54,931 bases of DNA, from contig CAWUOG010000001.1 in assembly GCA_963923875.1 (NCBI GenBank), positions 1 to 54,931 on the forward strand, given 5' to 3'. The translations under genes and the position numbers were made by a program. Positions within the stretch are counted from its first letter, which is position 1; the number at the start of each line of letters is the position of its first letter. The notes beneath the pieces were generated by a model that ran no database searches, was not told the origin of the DNA, and saw only the letters and a list, made by a program, of their open reading frames with translations. This document shows, in pieces, positions 22,574-32,125 of the stretch. The stretch comes from an uncultured Alphaproteobacteria bacterium (GTDB lineage: Bacteria; Pseudomonadota; Alphaproteobacteria; Reyranellales; Reyranellaceae).

Positions 22574-23037
22574 TGGACGTCTCCCGCCTGGTCGAGTTGA
22601 ACGCCGCCTACGCGCGCGCCATCGACAACGAGAAATTCGAGGAGTGGCCGGGGTTCTTTCACGACCCCTGTCTCTACAAGGTGACGACCGCCGACAATGT
22701 CGCGAAGGGACTGGAGGCCGGCCTGATCTATGCCGATTCGCGCGGCATGCTCGAAGACCGCGTTTCGGCGCTGCGCAAGGCCAACATCTACGAACGCCAG
22801 CGCTACCGCCACATCGTGGGCCTGCCGGTGATCCTGGGAGAATCGAGCGGCACCGCCGACGTCGAGAGCCCGTTCCTGATCGTGCGCATCATGCACGACG
22901 GCCGGATGGATGTGTTCGCCACTGGCTGCTACCGAGACAAGGTCAAGGCCACTGAGGCTGGTGCTCTGCGCTTCACCGAACGGATCGCCGTGTGCGACGG
23001 CGGCCGCTTCGACACCTTGGTCGCGATTCCGTTCTAG
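22573..23037 (+). CDS. tphA3: Ring-hydroxylating dioxygenase beta subunit (TphA3-like, 154 aa)
   Basis: YARAIDNEKFEEWPGFF, DSRGMLEDRVSALRKANIYERQRYRH and FATGCYRD motifs. TGATG coupling to the alpha subunit. Confidence 0.8.
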   Translation: MDVSRLVELNAAYARAIDNEKFEEWPGFFHDPCLYKVTTADNVAKGLEAGLIYADSRGMLEDRVSALRKANIYERQRYRHIVGLPVILGESSGTADVESPFLIVRIMHDGRMDVFATGCYRDKVKATEAGALRFTERIAVCDGGRFDTLVAIPF

Positions 23038-23052
23038 GCACCCCCTCCGATC

Positions 23053-23967
23053 ATGAGAATTGCCATCGCTCTGGGGGATCCCAACGGCATCGGACCGGAA
23101 GTCGCGATCAAGGCCGCCCTCGCAACCAAGGGCAACGTGCGTCCATTGCTGGTGGGCGACGCGCATGTCATCGAGAAGACCGCCGAGCGGCTGAAGGTCG
23201 ATACGCCGGCCTTCATCGATGCCCCTGCCCTGGAGGAAGTCGCATTTGCGCCCGGCAAGCTTGATCCGCGCGCCGGCAAGGCCACCGTCGCCTACGCGGC
23301 CGAGGCCGTGAAATTGGCACTCGCGGGCAAGGTCGATGCCGTGATCGGCTGTCCGCACTCGGAGACCGCGGTCAATCGCGCCGGCATCTCATTCAGCGGC
23401 TACCCCGGACTGGTCGCCGACGTTACCGGCACGCCACGCGAGCGAGCCTTCATGATGCTGACGGCCAAGGGCCTGAGGATCGTGCATGCGACACTTCACG
23501 AGTCAGTCGGCGCCGCCCTCGCCCGCCTGTCGCCGGAGTTGGTGATCGCGGCGGCCGAAGCAATCGTCGCAACCACGGAGCGGCTCGGCGAACATCCTCC
23601 ACGGATCGGTGTGTTCGGAATCAATCCACATGCTGGTGAAGACGGGCTGTTCGGGGACGACGACGAGCGCGTCACCAAGCCCGCAGTGATCGAACTGAGG
23701 AAGCGCGGCATCGCTGCGGACGGACCGGTCGGCGCCGACCTGCTGCTCAGTCAGCGCAAACACGATGTCTATCTCGCGATGTTCCACGACCAAGGGCACA
23801 TCCCGATCAAGCTGATCTCGCCGCTGCGCGCCTCGGCAATGACGATCGGTGTGCCAATCCTGTTCGCGTCGGTGGCGCATGGATGCGCCTTCGACATCGC
23901 CGGCAAGGGAGTTGCCGACCCGACCGGTGTGATCGAGACGATCGAACTGCTGGCGAGCAGGCGCTGA
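23053..23967 (+). CDS. tphB: PdxA-family decarboxylating cis-dihydrodiol dehydrogenase (TphB-like)
   Basis: GDPNGIGPE, INPHAGE, AMFHDQGHIPIK and HGCAFDIAGKG (PdxA fold). CPHSETAVNRAGISFSGYP, LRIVHATLHESV and QRKHD match recalled TphB rather than housekeeping PdxA. Confidence 0.8.
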   Translation: MRIAIALGDPNGIGPEVAIKAALATKGNVRPLLVGDAHVIEKTAERLKVDTPAFIDAPALEEVAFAPGKLDPRAGKATVAYAAEAVKLALAGKVDAVIGCPHSETAVNRAGISFSGYPGLVADVTGTPRERAFMMLTAKGLRIVHATLHESVGAALARLSPELVIAAAEAIVATTERLGEHPPRIGVFGINPHAGEDGLFGDDDERVTKPAVIELRKRGIAADGPVGADLLLSQRKHDVYLAMFHDQGHIPIKLISPLRASAMTIGVPILFASVAHGCAFDIAGKGVADPTGVIETIELLASRR

Positions 23968-23968
23968 C

Positions 23969-24373
23969 CTACTTGTAGGACGAGACTTCGATCAGGTTGC
24001 CGTCGGGATCGCGGCAATAGACCGAGACAATCACGCCCATCGCGCCTTGCTTCTCGCCGGGCCCTTCTTCGATAGCGACACCGCAGTCCCTGAAATGATC
24101 GGCGACCTGCTGTGGCGTGGCCTTCGTAAGGAAACAGAGATCGTCACTGCCCGGCGCGATAGCCCGGCCCGTGAACCACTGCTTCTGCGTCGCCCACTCG
24201 GGCCGCAAGTTGATCTTCTGACGGCCGAAATGCATCGACGTGACCCTCGCGCCGGGGCGCGGCTCGGTGTTGACGCGCTTCATGCCCAGCACGCGCTCAT
24301 ACCAGGCAGCCGACACCTCGACGTCCTTCACGTTCATCACGAGATGATCGAGGGCTTCGACGGAAAGGGACAT
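23969..24373 (-). CDS. VOC/glyoxalase family protein
   Basis: LDHLVMNVKD, FGRQKINL, PGSDDLCF and SVYCRDPDGNLIEV motifs. Confidence 0.88.
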   Translation of the reverse strand: MSLSVEALDHLVMNVKDVEVSAAWYERVLGMKRVNTEPRPGARVTSMHFGRQKINLRPEWATQKQWFTGRAIAPGSDDLCFLTKATPQQVADHFRDCGVAIEEGPGEKQGAMGVIVSVYCRDPDGNLIEVSSYK

Positions 24374-24376
24374 GGT

Positions 24377-26107
24377 TCAGAGCCTCGTGACTTTGGCGTG
24401 AAGCACCGCCGAACGACCGGAGTTCAGCGCAGCAAGGCAGCGTGCGACGGCGCCCTCGACGGCATCGGGATCGGCGACCAGTTCGCCATGGGCGCCAGCC
24501 GCCTCCGCGACCTTGGCGAAGTCCATGTCGGGCGCCAGGGTCGCGCCGTAGTCGGCGGCGGCCCTGGCCTCCCCGTCCGGGTAAACCCGTAGCGTCGCTT
24601 CCTTGACCGCGGCCCAGCCAGTGTTGTCGAGCACTACCGTCAAAACCGGCAACCTGTACTGCTTGCCGACGGCAAGGCTCGATTGGGGGTTGGAGAAATA
24701 GAAGGTGCCGTCGCCGACGATCTGCACGACCGTCCGCGTGGGTTCCGCGAGTTTCAGGCCCAATGCCATGCCGCCCGAGAAGCCAAGGCCGCCACCTGCC
24801 AGACCGACCAGCGTGCCGGGCCGTGTGCGCGGCATCTGGGCGAAAACGACCGGACCGTTGCGGATAGCTTCGTTGAGCACGATGTCGTCGGGCCGCAACG
24901 CCTTTGCAAGCACCGCACAAAGATAGTGCGGGCTGATCTGGCCGGGCACGCCGCGGCTGGCCGCGGCCTTGGCGGCCTGCTCGCGTCGCGTCTTGGCGGC
25001 CTCGGCGAGTCGGGCCACACGCGCTGCTGCCCGTTGCCGGAATCCCGCATCGGCCTTCGCCTTCAGCACCGCGAGCAGATCGGACAACACGCGGTGGCTG
25101 TCTCCCTGCAGGCGCAGGTTTCCCGGGAAGTTCCACATCGGAAAATTGCGCTTTTCGGCGTCGACGTCGATCTGTGCCCACCATGTCGACGGGTTATCCG
25201 GCATGTCGGACGGAATCCACGGCACGTCGACGTCCACCATCAGCCCGACGTCTGCTTCGATCAGCGCCTTGGCCGGGGCGAAGCCGCCGTGACATGGACT
25301 GTCGTGAGGCAGGTTCACATAGAGCGGATTGAATTCGACGACCTGGATGCCGGCGAAGCGCGCCAGCTCGTCGAGCAGCGCCGGTGCCGCGAGGTTGCGG
25401 CCGGCATAGGCGGTTATCAGAAGCGGCCGTTCGGCCGCCAGGATCCGATCGGCGACCGCCTCGACCGCGGCCGCATCCACACCACGCGCGCCGACCGCCC
25501 CGAAGCGCTCGGCCGGATAGGAGCGAATCGCCCCCTCGCCGAATGCCTCGGTCAGGGTTTCGCGCGGAAAGGTCAGATAGACAGGCCCTTTGGGATCGCT
25601 CTCCATCACTGTATGGGCGCGGCGTAGCGCCTCCTTGGCGATCACACCCGACGGCAGATTGTATTCCCACTTGGTGTAGGGCCGGACCACGCTCGCCTGG
25701 TCGAACGGCTCCTGCACAAAATGCACGTAGGTGTCACGGCTGCCCAGCAACTCGCCTCGCGTCGTGAAGGGCGCCTTGCCGGCCATCAGCATCACCGGGA
25801 TACGGGCGCGGCAGAGATTGTGCAGCGCCATCGCCGAGTTGGCGGTGCCGGCATCGACATGGACCATTACGCCCTGCCCCCGACCGGTCGCGATGGCATA
25901 GCCCGCCGCCATGTGAACAGCGGTATTCTCGTGAGGGCAGAGGATGGTCGCAGGCATCTTGCGGCCAGCCTTCTTGAACGATGCCATCGCCTCGATCAGG
26001 GGCGCGTGGTCGGTGCCGAAGTTGCAGAACAGGTAGTCGAAGCCGATCTCGTTCAGGCCTTCGAGGAAGTAGTGGGCGGCCGAATGCCGTGCCTCATTGC
26101 TGTCCAT
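24377..26107 (-). CDS. Thiamine pyrophosphate-requiring enzyme (ALS/benzoylformate decarboxylase superfamily)
   Basis: NFGTDH, PHE (catalytic Glu), HVDAGTAN and GDGTF...LDNTGW ThDP-binding motif. Start moved to ATG 26107. Confidence 0.88.
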   Translation of the reverse strand: MDSNEARHSAAHYFLEGLNEIGFDYLFCNFGTDHAPLIEAMASFKKAGRKMPATILCPHENTAVHMAAGYAIATGRGQGVMVHVDAGTANSAMALHNLCRARIPVMLMAGKAPFTTRGELLGSRDTYVHFVQEPFDQASVVRPYTKWEYNLPSGVIAKEALRRAHTVMESDPKGPVYLTFPRETLTEAFGEGAIRSYPAERFGAVGARGVDAAAVEAVADRILAAERPLLITAYAGRNLAAPALLDELARFAGIQVVEFNPLYVNLPHDSPCHGGFAPAKALIEADVGLMVDVDVPWIPSDMPDNPSTWWAQIDVDAEKRNFPMWNFPGNLRLQGDSHRVLSDLLAVLKAKADAGFRQRAAARVARLAEAAKTRREQAAKAAASRGVPGQISPHYLCAVLAKALRPDDIVLNEAIRNGPVVFAQMPRTRPGTLVGLAGGGLGFSGGMALGLKLAEPTRTVVQIVGDGTFYFSNPQSSLAVGKQYRLPVLTVVLDNTGWAAVKEATLRVYPDGEARAAADYGATLAPDMDFAKVAEAAGAHGELVADPDAVEGAVARCLAALNSGRSAVLHAKVTRL

Positions 26108-26114
26108 GGCGCGC

Positions 26115-27101
26115 TCATTCGATCTTGATGTTGGCCTTCGCCGCCACCGCCTTCCAGCGGGCGATGTCACGAACGATTATCTCGGCGAATTCCTTGCTCG
26201 ATGTACCGCGGGCGTCGACCGAGATCGCGTCCATCGCCTCCTTGACGACAGGCATCTCCAGGGTGTCGACGACGGCATCCTGCAGCATCGCTTGAACCTC
26301 CGCAGGCGTGCCCGCAGGTGCTACCAGCCCGGTCCACAACGAGATTTCCATGTCGCTGACGCCGCTCTCGGCCATGGTCGGAACGTCCGGAAAGTCCGGC
26401 GGGCGGCGCGCGGTGGTGATCCCGAGGGCACGCAGTTTGCCGGCCTTGAGGGGCCCGACGATTGGCCCTGAATCGGCGAAAGCCATCAGGACCTGGCCGG
26501 ACATCACGGCCTGGGCCATGTCACCGCTGCCGCGGAAAGGGATGTGCTGAAACTTCGAATCGGTGCGCTGGTTGAACAGCTCGGCTGCGAGCTGGAACGG
26601 CGTGGCGCTGGAGGCGTAGTTGGCAAGCTTCGGGTTGGCGCGGCCGTACTCCACCAGCTCCTTCACCGATTTCACCGGCTGCTCGCCGCCGACAATCAGC
26701 AAAAGTGGAAACTCCGCCAGCAGCGACAACGGTGCGAAATCCTTGACCGGATCGTAGGGCAGCTTGGCGTACACCGCCGGATTGATCGTCAGCGGCCCGC
26801 TCGGGGCGACGAGCAGCGTGTATCCGTCGGGCGGTGCCTTTGCGACCATTTCGGCAGCGACGATCGACTGTGCACCGGGCTTGTTCTCAACGATCACCGG
26901 TTGACCGAGCTTTCCCTGCAAGCGGGTTGCCACGATACGTGCGATCAGATCGTTGCCGCCGCCCGGCGAATAGCCGACCACCATCTTGATCGGACGGGCA
27001 GGATATCTTTCGGCCGTCTGCGCACCTGCAGACAATGCAGGCGCCAATCCCAGGGCGGTTCCTGCGGCGAGAAACTGGCGTCTCGAGGTTCTACGCTTCA
27101 T
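26115..27101 (-). CDS. Tripartite tricarboxylate transporter solute-binding protein (Bug), Tat signal
   Basis: SRRQFL twin-arginine signal; YPARPIKMVVGYSPGGGND, ENKPGA and HIPFRGSG motifs. Confidence 0.9.
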   Translation of the reverse strand: MKRRTSRRQFLAAGTALGLAPALSAGAQTAERYPARPIKMVVGYSPGGGNDLIARIVATRLQGKLGQPVIVENKPGAQSIVAAEMVAKAPPDGYTLLVAPSGPLTINPAVYAKLPYDPVKDFAPLSLLAEFPLLLIVGGEQPVKSVKELVEYGRANPKLANYASSATPFQLAAELFNQRTDSKFQHIPFRGSGDMAQAVMSGQVLMAFADSGPIVGPLKAGKLRALGITTARRPPDFPDVPTMAESGVSDMEISLWTGLVAPAGTPAEVQAMLQDAVVDTLEMPVVKEAMDAISVDARGTSSKEFAEIIVRDIARWKAVAAKANIKIE

Positions 27102-27499
27102 GCCGACACCTTAGCATCGCCGGGATAGATCTCCTTCTCTCGATTAAGCCAAAGCGGTGACCTCCCGAGGTCGATGAAGCGCGCCTCGTCCTCGAGCAGC
27201 AGCCGGCCGGCCTCGCGGCCATCCCTGGTGCGGCCGCTACCGCGTAAAGCTTCCTCCGACTCCCACCACAGCTCGGCGATTCCATCATAGGGAGCCGGTG
27301 CACCGCGTACTTTGCGCATGCCGCCGCCCAAGGTCTCCTCGAGCACATCGTCCAGACGATGCACCTGGACGTATCGCGCCATCCCCAGGGCCGGCTGAAG
27401 GCGGCGCACCAGCGGACCATGCTTGTTCAGCCAGTAGTCGCAGAACTCGGCGTGGCTGAGCGCCGGCAAGCGCCGTAGGCAGAAGGTCAGTTTCAGCAA
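27098..27499 (-). CDS. EthD-domain (dimeric alpha/beta barrel) protein
   Basis: KLTFCLRR...EFCDYWLNKHGPLV...YDGIAELWW...LLEDEARFID. Likely TTG start at 27499 after GGAGG (ORF track start 27529). Confidence 0.82.
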   Translation of the reverse strand: MLKLTFCLRRLPALSHAEFCDYWLNKHGPLVRRLQPALGMARYVQVHRLDDVLEETLGGGMRKVRGAPAPYDGIAELWWESEEALRGSGRTRDGREAGRLLLEDEARFIDLGRSPLWLNREKEIYPGDAKVSA

Positions 27500-27547
27500 G
27501 GCGTTTCCTCCGGTCTTGCCGGACATCATAGGCTATAAGCGCGGCCG

Positions 27548-30013
27548 ATGGTTTCGCTGCCCATGGATACGCTGCCCGTCGACGAAGCTCTGCCGCGCCT
27601 GCAAGCGGCCCTCGAGGCGCGCAATGCCGCCGTGCTTGTGGCGCCGCCGGGGGCCGGCAAGACGACACGCGTGCCGCTCGCCCTGCTCGACGCGCCGTGG
27701 CTCGGCACCGGCAAGATCGTGATGCAGGAACCTCGGCGGCTGGCGGCCCGTGCCGCGGCGCGGCGCATGGCGCAGAGCTTGGGCGAGCCGGTCGGCGAGA
27801 CAGTTGGCTATCGCGTGCGGCTCGACACCCGCGTCGGCCCACGCACGCGCATCGAAGTCGTGACCGACGGCCTGTTCCTGCGGATGCTGCAGGACGATCC
27901 GTCCCTGGACGGCATCGGCTGCGTGATCTTCGATGAATTGCACGAGCGCGGGCTGGAGACCGACCTTTCGTTTGCCCTTGTACGCGAGGCGCAGACCGCC
28001 TTGCGCGAGGATCTGAGAGTGATTGCCATGTCGGCAACGCTAGACCCGGGCCCTGTGGCCGAGCGTTTGGGCGGTGCGCCGGTCATCGACTCCGCCGGAC
28101 GGATGTTTCCGGTCGACACGCGTTACCTCGACCGCGAACCTTCCGGAAGGCTCGAGGGCAATGTGGCGTCGGTGGTGCGCCGCGCGCTGGGTGAGGAAGG
28201 CGGCAGTGCGCTGGTGTTTCTTCCAGGCGTCGGGGAAATCCGCCGAGTCGAGGAAGCGCTGCGCGACGCCGGTCCGAACGTCGATATAGCCCCACTCTAT
28301 GGCGACCTCTCGCCCGCCGAACAGGATCGTGCCATCGCGCCCTCTCCCGCCGGCCGCCGCAAGGTGGTGTTGGCCACCTCGATCGCCGAAACCAGCCTGA
28401 CCATCGAGGGCGTACGTATCGTGGTCGACGGCGGGCAGATGCGCGTCCCGCGATTTTCGCCGCGATCCGGTATGACCCGTCTCGAAACGGTGCGGGTCAG
28501 CCAGGCCTCGGCCGACCAGAGGCGGGGCCGCGCCGGCCGCCTGGAGCCGGGCGTGTGCTACCGGCTTTGGACCGAGGAAGCGCAGCGCGGCTTGCTGCCC
28601 TTTACGCCGCCGGAAATCCTCGACGCCGACCTTGCACCGCTGGCGCTCGAGCTGGCCGCCTGGGGAACCGACGGCACCACTTTGCCGTGGCTCACACCAC
28701 CGCCTGCAGCCGCGCTGGCCACGGCGCGTGCGTTGCTGCACGATCTTGGCGCAATCGATACCGGCGGCACGATCACGCCCCACGGCCGCGCCATGGTGCG
28801 GCTCGGCCAGCATCCGCGGCTCGCCCATCTGGTGCTGAAGGGCCGCGAGTTGGGTCAGGGCCGGGTCGCCGCCTTGCTGGCCGCCATCCTGAACGAGCGC
28901 GATTTTCTGCGCCTGCCGCCCGGCCAGCGAGACGTCGATCTGCGTCACCGGGTCGATCTTGCACTGGCCGGCAAGGCACCTCGCCAGATCGCAGAAGTGG
29001 CGCGCCGGCTCACGCCAAGGGGAGACACGGGAACTCCCGACGTGGCGATGACGGGTGAGCTGCTTGCACTTGCCTATCCCGATCGCATTGGCCGACGACG
29101 GCCCGGCTTGGCCGGACGCTACCTGCTGTCGGGTGGCCGCGGCGTCGCGTTGCCCGAAGGCGATGCGCTGGCCAACGAGGAATTCCTGGTGGTCGCCGAT
29201 CTCGACGGCTCCGGCCAGGATGCTCGGGTGTTTCTCGCCGCGCCGATCACCCCTGCCGGCATCGAGGAGGCCTACGCCGACCGCATCGCCGACGAGGAGG
29301 TGCTGCGCTGGAATGCTCAGGACGGCGCCGTGCAGGCGCGGCGGCAACGTCGGCTGGGGGCACTGGTGCTGGACGACAAGCCACTCTCCCGCAGCGATCC
29401 CGAGAAGCTCAAGGCCGCGATGATCGAGGGCGTGCGTCAGATGGGGCTTGCCTGCCTGCCCTGGACCGATGACTTGCAGGCCTGGCGCCAGCGCATCAAT
29501 TTCCTGCGCCTGCACGACGCGAGTTGGCCGGACCTGTCCGACGACGCGTTGCTCGCCAGCCTCGGCGACTGGCTGGCCCCCTTCCTCAATGACGCGTCGC
29601 GGCGCAGCCACTTGTCTCGCGTCGATCTCGGGGCGGCGCTGCGTGCGCTGGTGCCATGGGAGAAGCAGCGCGACCTCGACCGCCTCGCTCCGTCCCATAT
29701 CGAGGTACCCAGCGGTTCGCGCATTCCCATCGATTATGCCAATCCCGCGGAGCCGACCCTGTCGGTGCGTCTGCAGGAAATGTTCGGTCTGATCGACACA
29801 CCGCGCATCGCCGGCGGCAAAGTGCCGATGACGATCCATCTTCTGTCGCCGGCGCGGCGGCCGGTTCAGGTGACACGCGACCTCGCGAGCTTCTGGAAGA
29901 GCGGCTACCGGGACGTGAAGGCCGAGCTGAAGGGCCGCTACCCGAAGCACTACTGGCCCGACGATCCGCTGGTCGCCGAGGCAACGGCGCGTGTGAAGCC
30001 TCGGCCTCGCTAA
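27548..30013 (+). CDS. hrpB: ATP-dependent RNA helicase HrpB
   Basis: APPGAGKTT, EPRRLAAR, FDELHER, MSATL, LATSIAETSLTI, QRRGRAGR and C-terminal LKGRYPKHYWPDDP motifs. Confidence 0.95.
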   Translation: MVSLPMDTLPVDEALPRLQAALEARNAAVLVAPPGAGKTTRVPLALLDAPWLGTGKIVMQEPRRLAARAAARRMAQSLGEPVGETVGYRVRLDTRVGPRTRIEVVTDGLFLRMLQDDPSLDGIGCVIFDELHERGLETDLSFALVREAQTALREDLRVIAMSATLDPGPVAERLGGAPVIDSAGRMFPVDTRYLDREPSGRLEGNVASVVRRALGEEGGSALVFLPGVGEIRRVEEALRDAGPNVDIAPLYGDLSPAEQDRAIAPSPAGRRKVVLATSIAETSLTIEGVRIVVDGGQMRVPRFSPRSGMTRLETVRVSQASADQRRGRAGRLEPGVCYRLWTEEAQRGLLPFTPPEILDADLAPLALELAAWGTDGTTLPWLTPPPAAALATARALLHDLGAIDTGGTITPHGRAMVRLGQHPRLAHLVLKGRELGQGRVAALLAAILNERDFLRLPPGQRDVDLRHRVDLALAGKAPRQIAEVARRLTPRGDTGTPDVAMTGELLALAYPDRIGRRRPGLAGRYLLSGGRGVALPEGDALANEEFLVVADLDGSGQDARVFLAAPITPAGIEEAYADRIADEEVLRWNAQDGAVQARRQRRLGALVLDDKPLSRSDPEKLKAAMIEGVRQMGLACLPWTDDLQAWRQRINFLRLHDASWPDLSDDALLASLGDWLAPFLNDASRRSHLSRVDLGAALRALVPWEKQRDLDRLAPSHIEVPSGSRIPIDYANPAEPTLSVRLQEMFGLIDTPRIAGGKVPMTIHLLSPARRPVQVTRDLASFWKSGYRDVKAELKGRYPKHYWPDDPLVAEATARVKPRPR

Positions 30014-30351
30014 GGACGCTTGCGGTGCACGACCAACCACACCGTCGGCGGGTCGGCTTGTGTCGCCTCGACGCGATGGCGGTAGCGGGCAGGAATGTCG
30101 ATCCAGTCGCCCGGCTTCATGTCGAGGAGCCGGTTGCCGGCCTCGAGGCGCAGCTGGGCAGCGCCGCTCAACAGAACAACGAATTCGTCTTCTGGCTGGT
30201 CATACCAGAAGCCGGGCGGGCTCGCCTGACCGGTCGATACGATGCGCTCGATGCGCGTGCCGGGCGATTGTGCCAGCAAATCGAATCGCTCATCGCGAGC
30301 TCCGCTGGCGAGCCCGGCGAAAAGATTGTCACCCGGAAGTTCGGCCACCAT
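30010..30351 (-). CDS. Cupin domain protein
   Basis: RIERIVSTGQASPPGFWYDQPEDEFVVLLSGAA...PGDWIDIPARYRHRVE. ATG at 30351 overlaps the upstream TGA. Confidence 0.85.
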   Translation of the reverse strand: MVAELPGDNLFAGLASGARDERFDLLAQSPGTRIERIVSTGQASPPGFWYDQPEDEFVVLLSGAAQLRLEAGNRLLDMKPGDWIDIPARYRHRVEATQADPPTVWLVVHRKRP

Positions 30352-30584
30352 CAGCCTTCCTCGATAAAGTAGCTCAGCCAGCGCCGCACGCGCGGCAACA
30401 TCACGAACATGGTGGGGAATGCGACTGCCCAGGACACTATCCAGGACGTCATCCAGGTTTCGATCATACCAATCGACAGACCCAGAACCCGCCAGGTTGC
30501 CACACCCGACACCAGGAAGGTCATGAAGAACGAAGTGCCCAGAGGCAGGGCAAATCGCATGCAGGAGGCGGGCAATTTTGTCAC
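30351..30584 (-). CDS. Small membrane protein (DUF2798-like)
   Basis: SFFMTFLVSGVAT...WMTSWIVSWAVAFPT; two hydrophobic segments. Confidence 0.75.
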   Translation of the reverse strand: MTKLPASCMRFALPLGTSFFMTFLVSGVATWRVLGLSIGMIETWMTSWIVSWAVAFPTMFVMLPRVRRWLSYFIEEG

Positions 30585-30644
30585 GCCGGTTACTTCCCAC
30601 CAGTCTTCTTCACCGAGGCCGGAACAATATGCTACGGCAGCATC

Positions 30645-32111
30645 ATGTCAAAATCCCTCGACCTGCCTTTCCGCACTGCCAAGCAGCTCGCCTCGTCGAT
30701 CCGGAAGAAGAAGATCGGCTGCCTCGAACTGCTCGATCTCTATGTAAAAAGGGTCGAGGCCTACAATCCGGAATTGAACGCCGTCATTGCCTCCGACATC
30801 GAAGGCGCACGAAAGCGCGCCAAGGCCGCCGACAAGGCGGTCAAGGCCGGCAAGAAGCTGGGGCCGCTACACGGCGTGCCGATGACGATCAAGGAATCGT
30901 TTGACGTCGCCGGCTATGCAACGACCTGGGGCGACCCCGCGTTCAGGAACCACAGGGCAGAGAAGAATTCACTGGTCGCCCAACGCATGATCGATGCCGG
31001 CGTCATCCTGTTCGGCAAGACCAACGTGCCGCTGAATTTGGCCGACTGGCAGAGCTACAACGAAGTCTATGGCTCGACCAACAACCCTTGGGACCTCTCG
31101 CGCACGCCCGGAGGCTCGTCGGGCGGCTCGGGTGCAGCGCTTGCCGCCGGCCTGACCGGCATTGAAGCCGGCAGCGACATCGGTGCCTCCATTCGCAATC
31201 CCGCGCACTATTGCGGCGTATATGGCCACAAACCAACGTGGGGCGTCGTGTCGCCCAAGGGCCATGCGCTCGGCGGTGCCGTCTCGACCAGCGGCGATAT
31301 CGGGGTCGTCGGCCCACTGGCCCGCGGCGCGGAGGATCTCGAGATCGCCATGAGCGTCATGGCCGGTCCTGACGCCATCGATGGCCGCGGCTGGACGCTC
31401 AGCCTGCCCAAGGCGCGCAAAAAGAAGCTGCGTGACTACAAGGTGGCGGTGCTGCTCTCCGATCCCAACGCTGAAGCTGACCAATCCGTGCAGGGCGAGA
31501 TCCAGAAGCTTGCCGACTTCCTGGGCAGGAAGAAGGCGAAGGTCAGCGACACGGCGCGGCCGGCAATCGATACGGCCGAGTTGAACGACGTCTATGTCCG
31601 GCTGCTGCGCGCGGCAACATCGGCACGCATCCCCGACGATGCCTACAACGCGGCGCTCCGCGACGTCGCGGCCCTGCCCGACGACGACAAGAGCTACTTC
31701 GCCCAGATGCAGCGCGGCAACACGCTCTCGCACCGCACCTGGCTGCGCCTGAACGAGAAACGCCACCGCATGCGGCTCGCCTGGGACGCCTTCTTCGACG
31801 ATTATGACCTGATGCTTTGCCCGGTCGCGGTGACGGCAGCTTTCCCGCACGACCAGCAAGGCCTTCGGCACCTGCGCACCATTGTCGTCAACAACAAGAA
31901 GGTACCGGTGGTCGACCAGATCTTCTGGGCGGGCTACGCCGGTGTCACCCTGCTGCCCGCTTCCGCCGCTCCGATCGGGCAGACCAGGGACGGACTCCCG
32001 ATCGGCGTTCAGATCATCGGCCGCCAGTACGACGATTACACCTGCATCGAGTTCGCCAAGCTGCTCGAGAAGGAATACCGCAGCTTCGTGCCGCCGCCAG
32101 CTTATCAGTGA
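30645..32111 (+). CDS. Amidase signature family enzyme
   Basis: [28 protein letters not shown] and [16 protein letters not shown] (Ser-cisSer-Lys triad). Start ATG 30645. Confidence 0.92.
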   Translation: MSKSLDLPFRTAKQLASSIRKKKIGCLELLDLYVKRVEAYNPELNAVIASDIEGARKRAKAADKAVKAGKKLGPLHGVPMTIKESFDVAGYATTWGDPAFRNHRAEKNSLVAQRMIDAGVILFGKTNVPLNLADWQSYNEVYGSTNNPWDLSRTPGGSSGGSGAALAAGLTGIEAGSDIGASIRNPAHYCGVYGHKPTWGVVSPKGHALGGAVSTSGDIGVVGPLARGAEDLEIAMSVMAGPDAIDGRGWTLSLPKARKKKLRDYKVAVLLSDPNAEADQSVQGEIQKLADFLGRKKAKVSDTARPAIDTAELNDVYVRLLRAATSARIPDDAYNAALRDVAALPDDDKSYFAQMQRGNTLSHRTWLRLNEKRHRMRLAWDAFFDDYDLMLCPVAVTAAFPHDQQGLRHLRTIVVNNKKVPVVDQIFWAGYAGVTLLPASAAPIGQTRDGLPIGVQIIGRQYDDYTCIEFAKLLEKEYRSFVPPPAYQ

Positions 32112-32125
32112 GGACAGGACTCGAC

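Noticed and set aside
23053-23967. Housekeeping pdxA (vitamin B6 synthesis)
   Set aside because: It is not in the surA-pdxA-ksgA context. The motifs and position after the dioxygenase subunits fit TphB.
30645-32111. Amidase as a plastic-related (urethanase/terephthalamide) enzyme
   Set aside because: Only the generic amidase signature is visible, and nothing in the sequence specifies the substrate.
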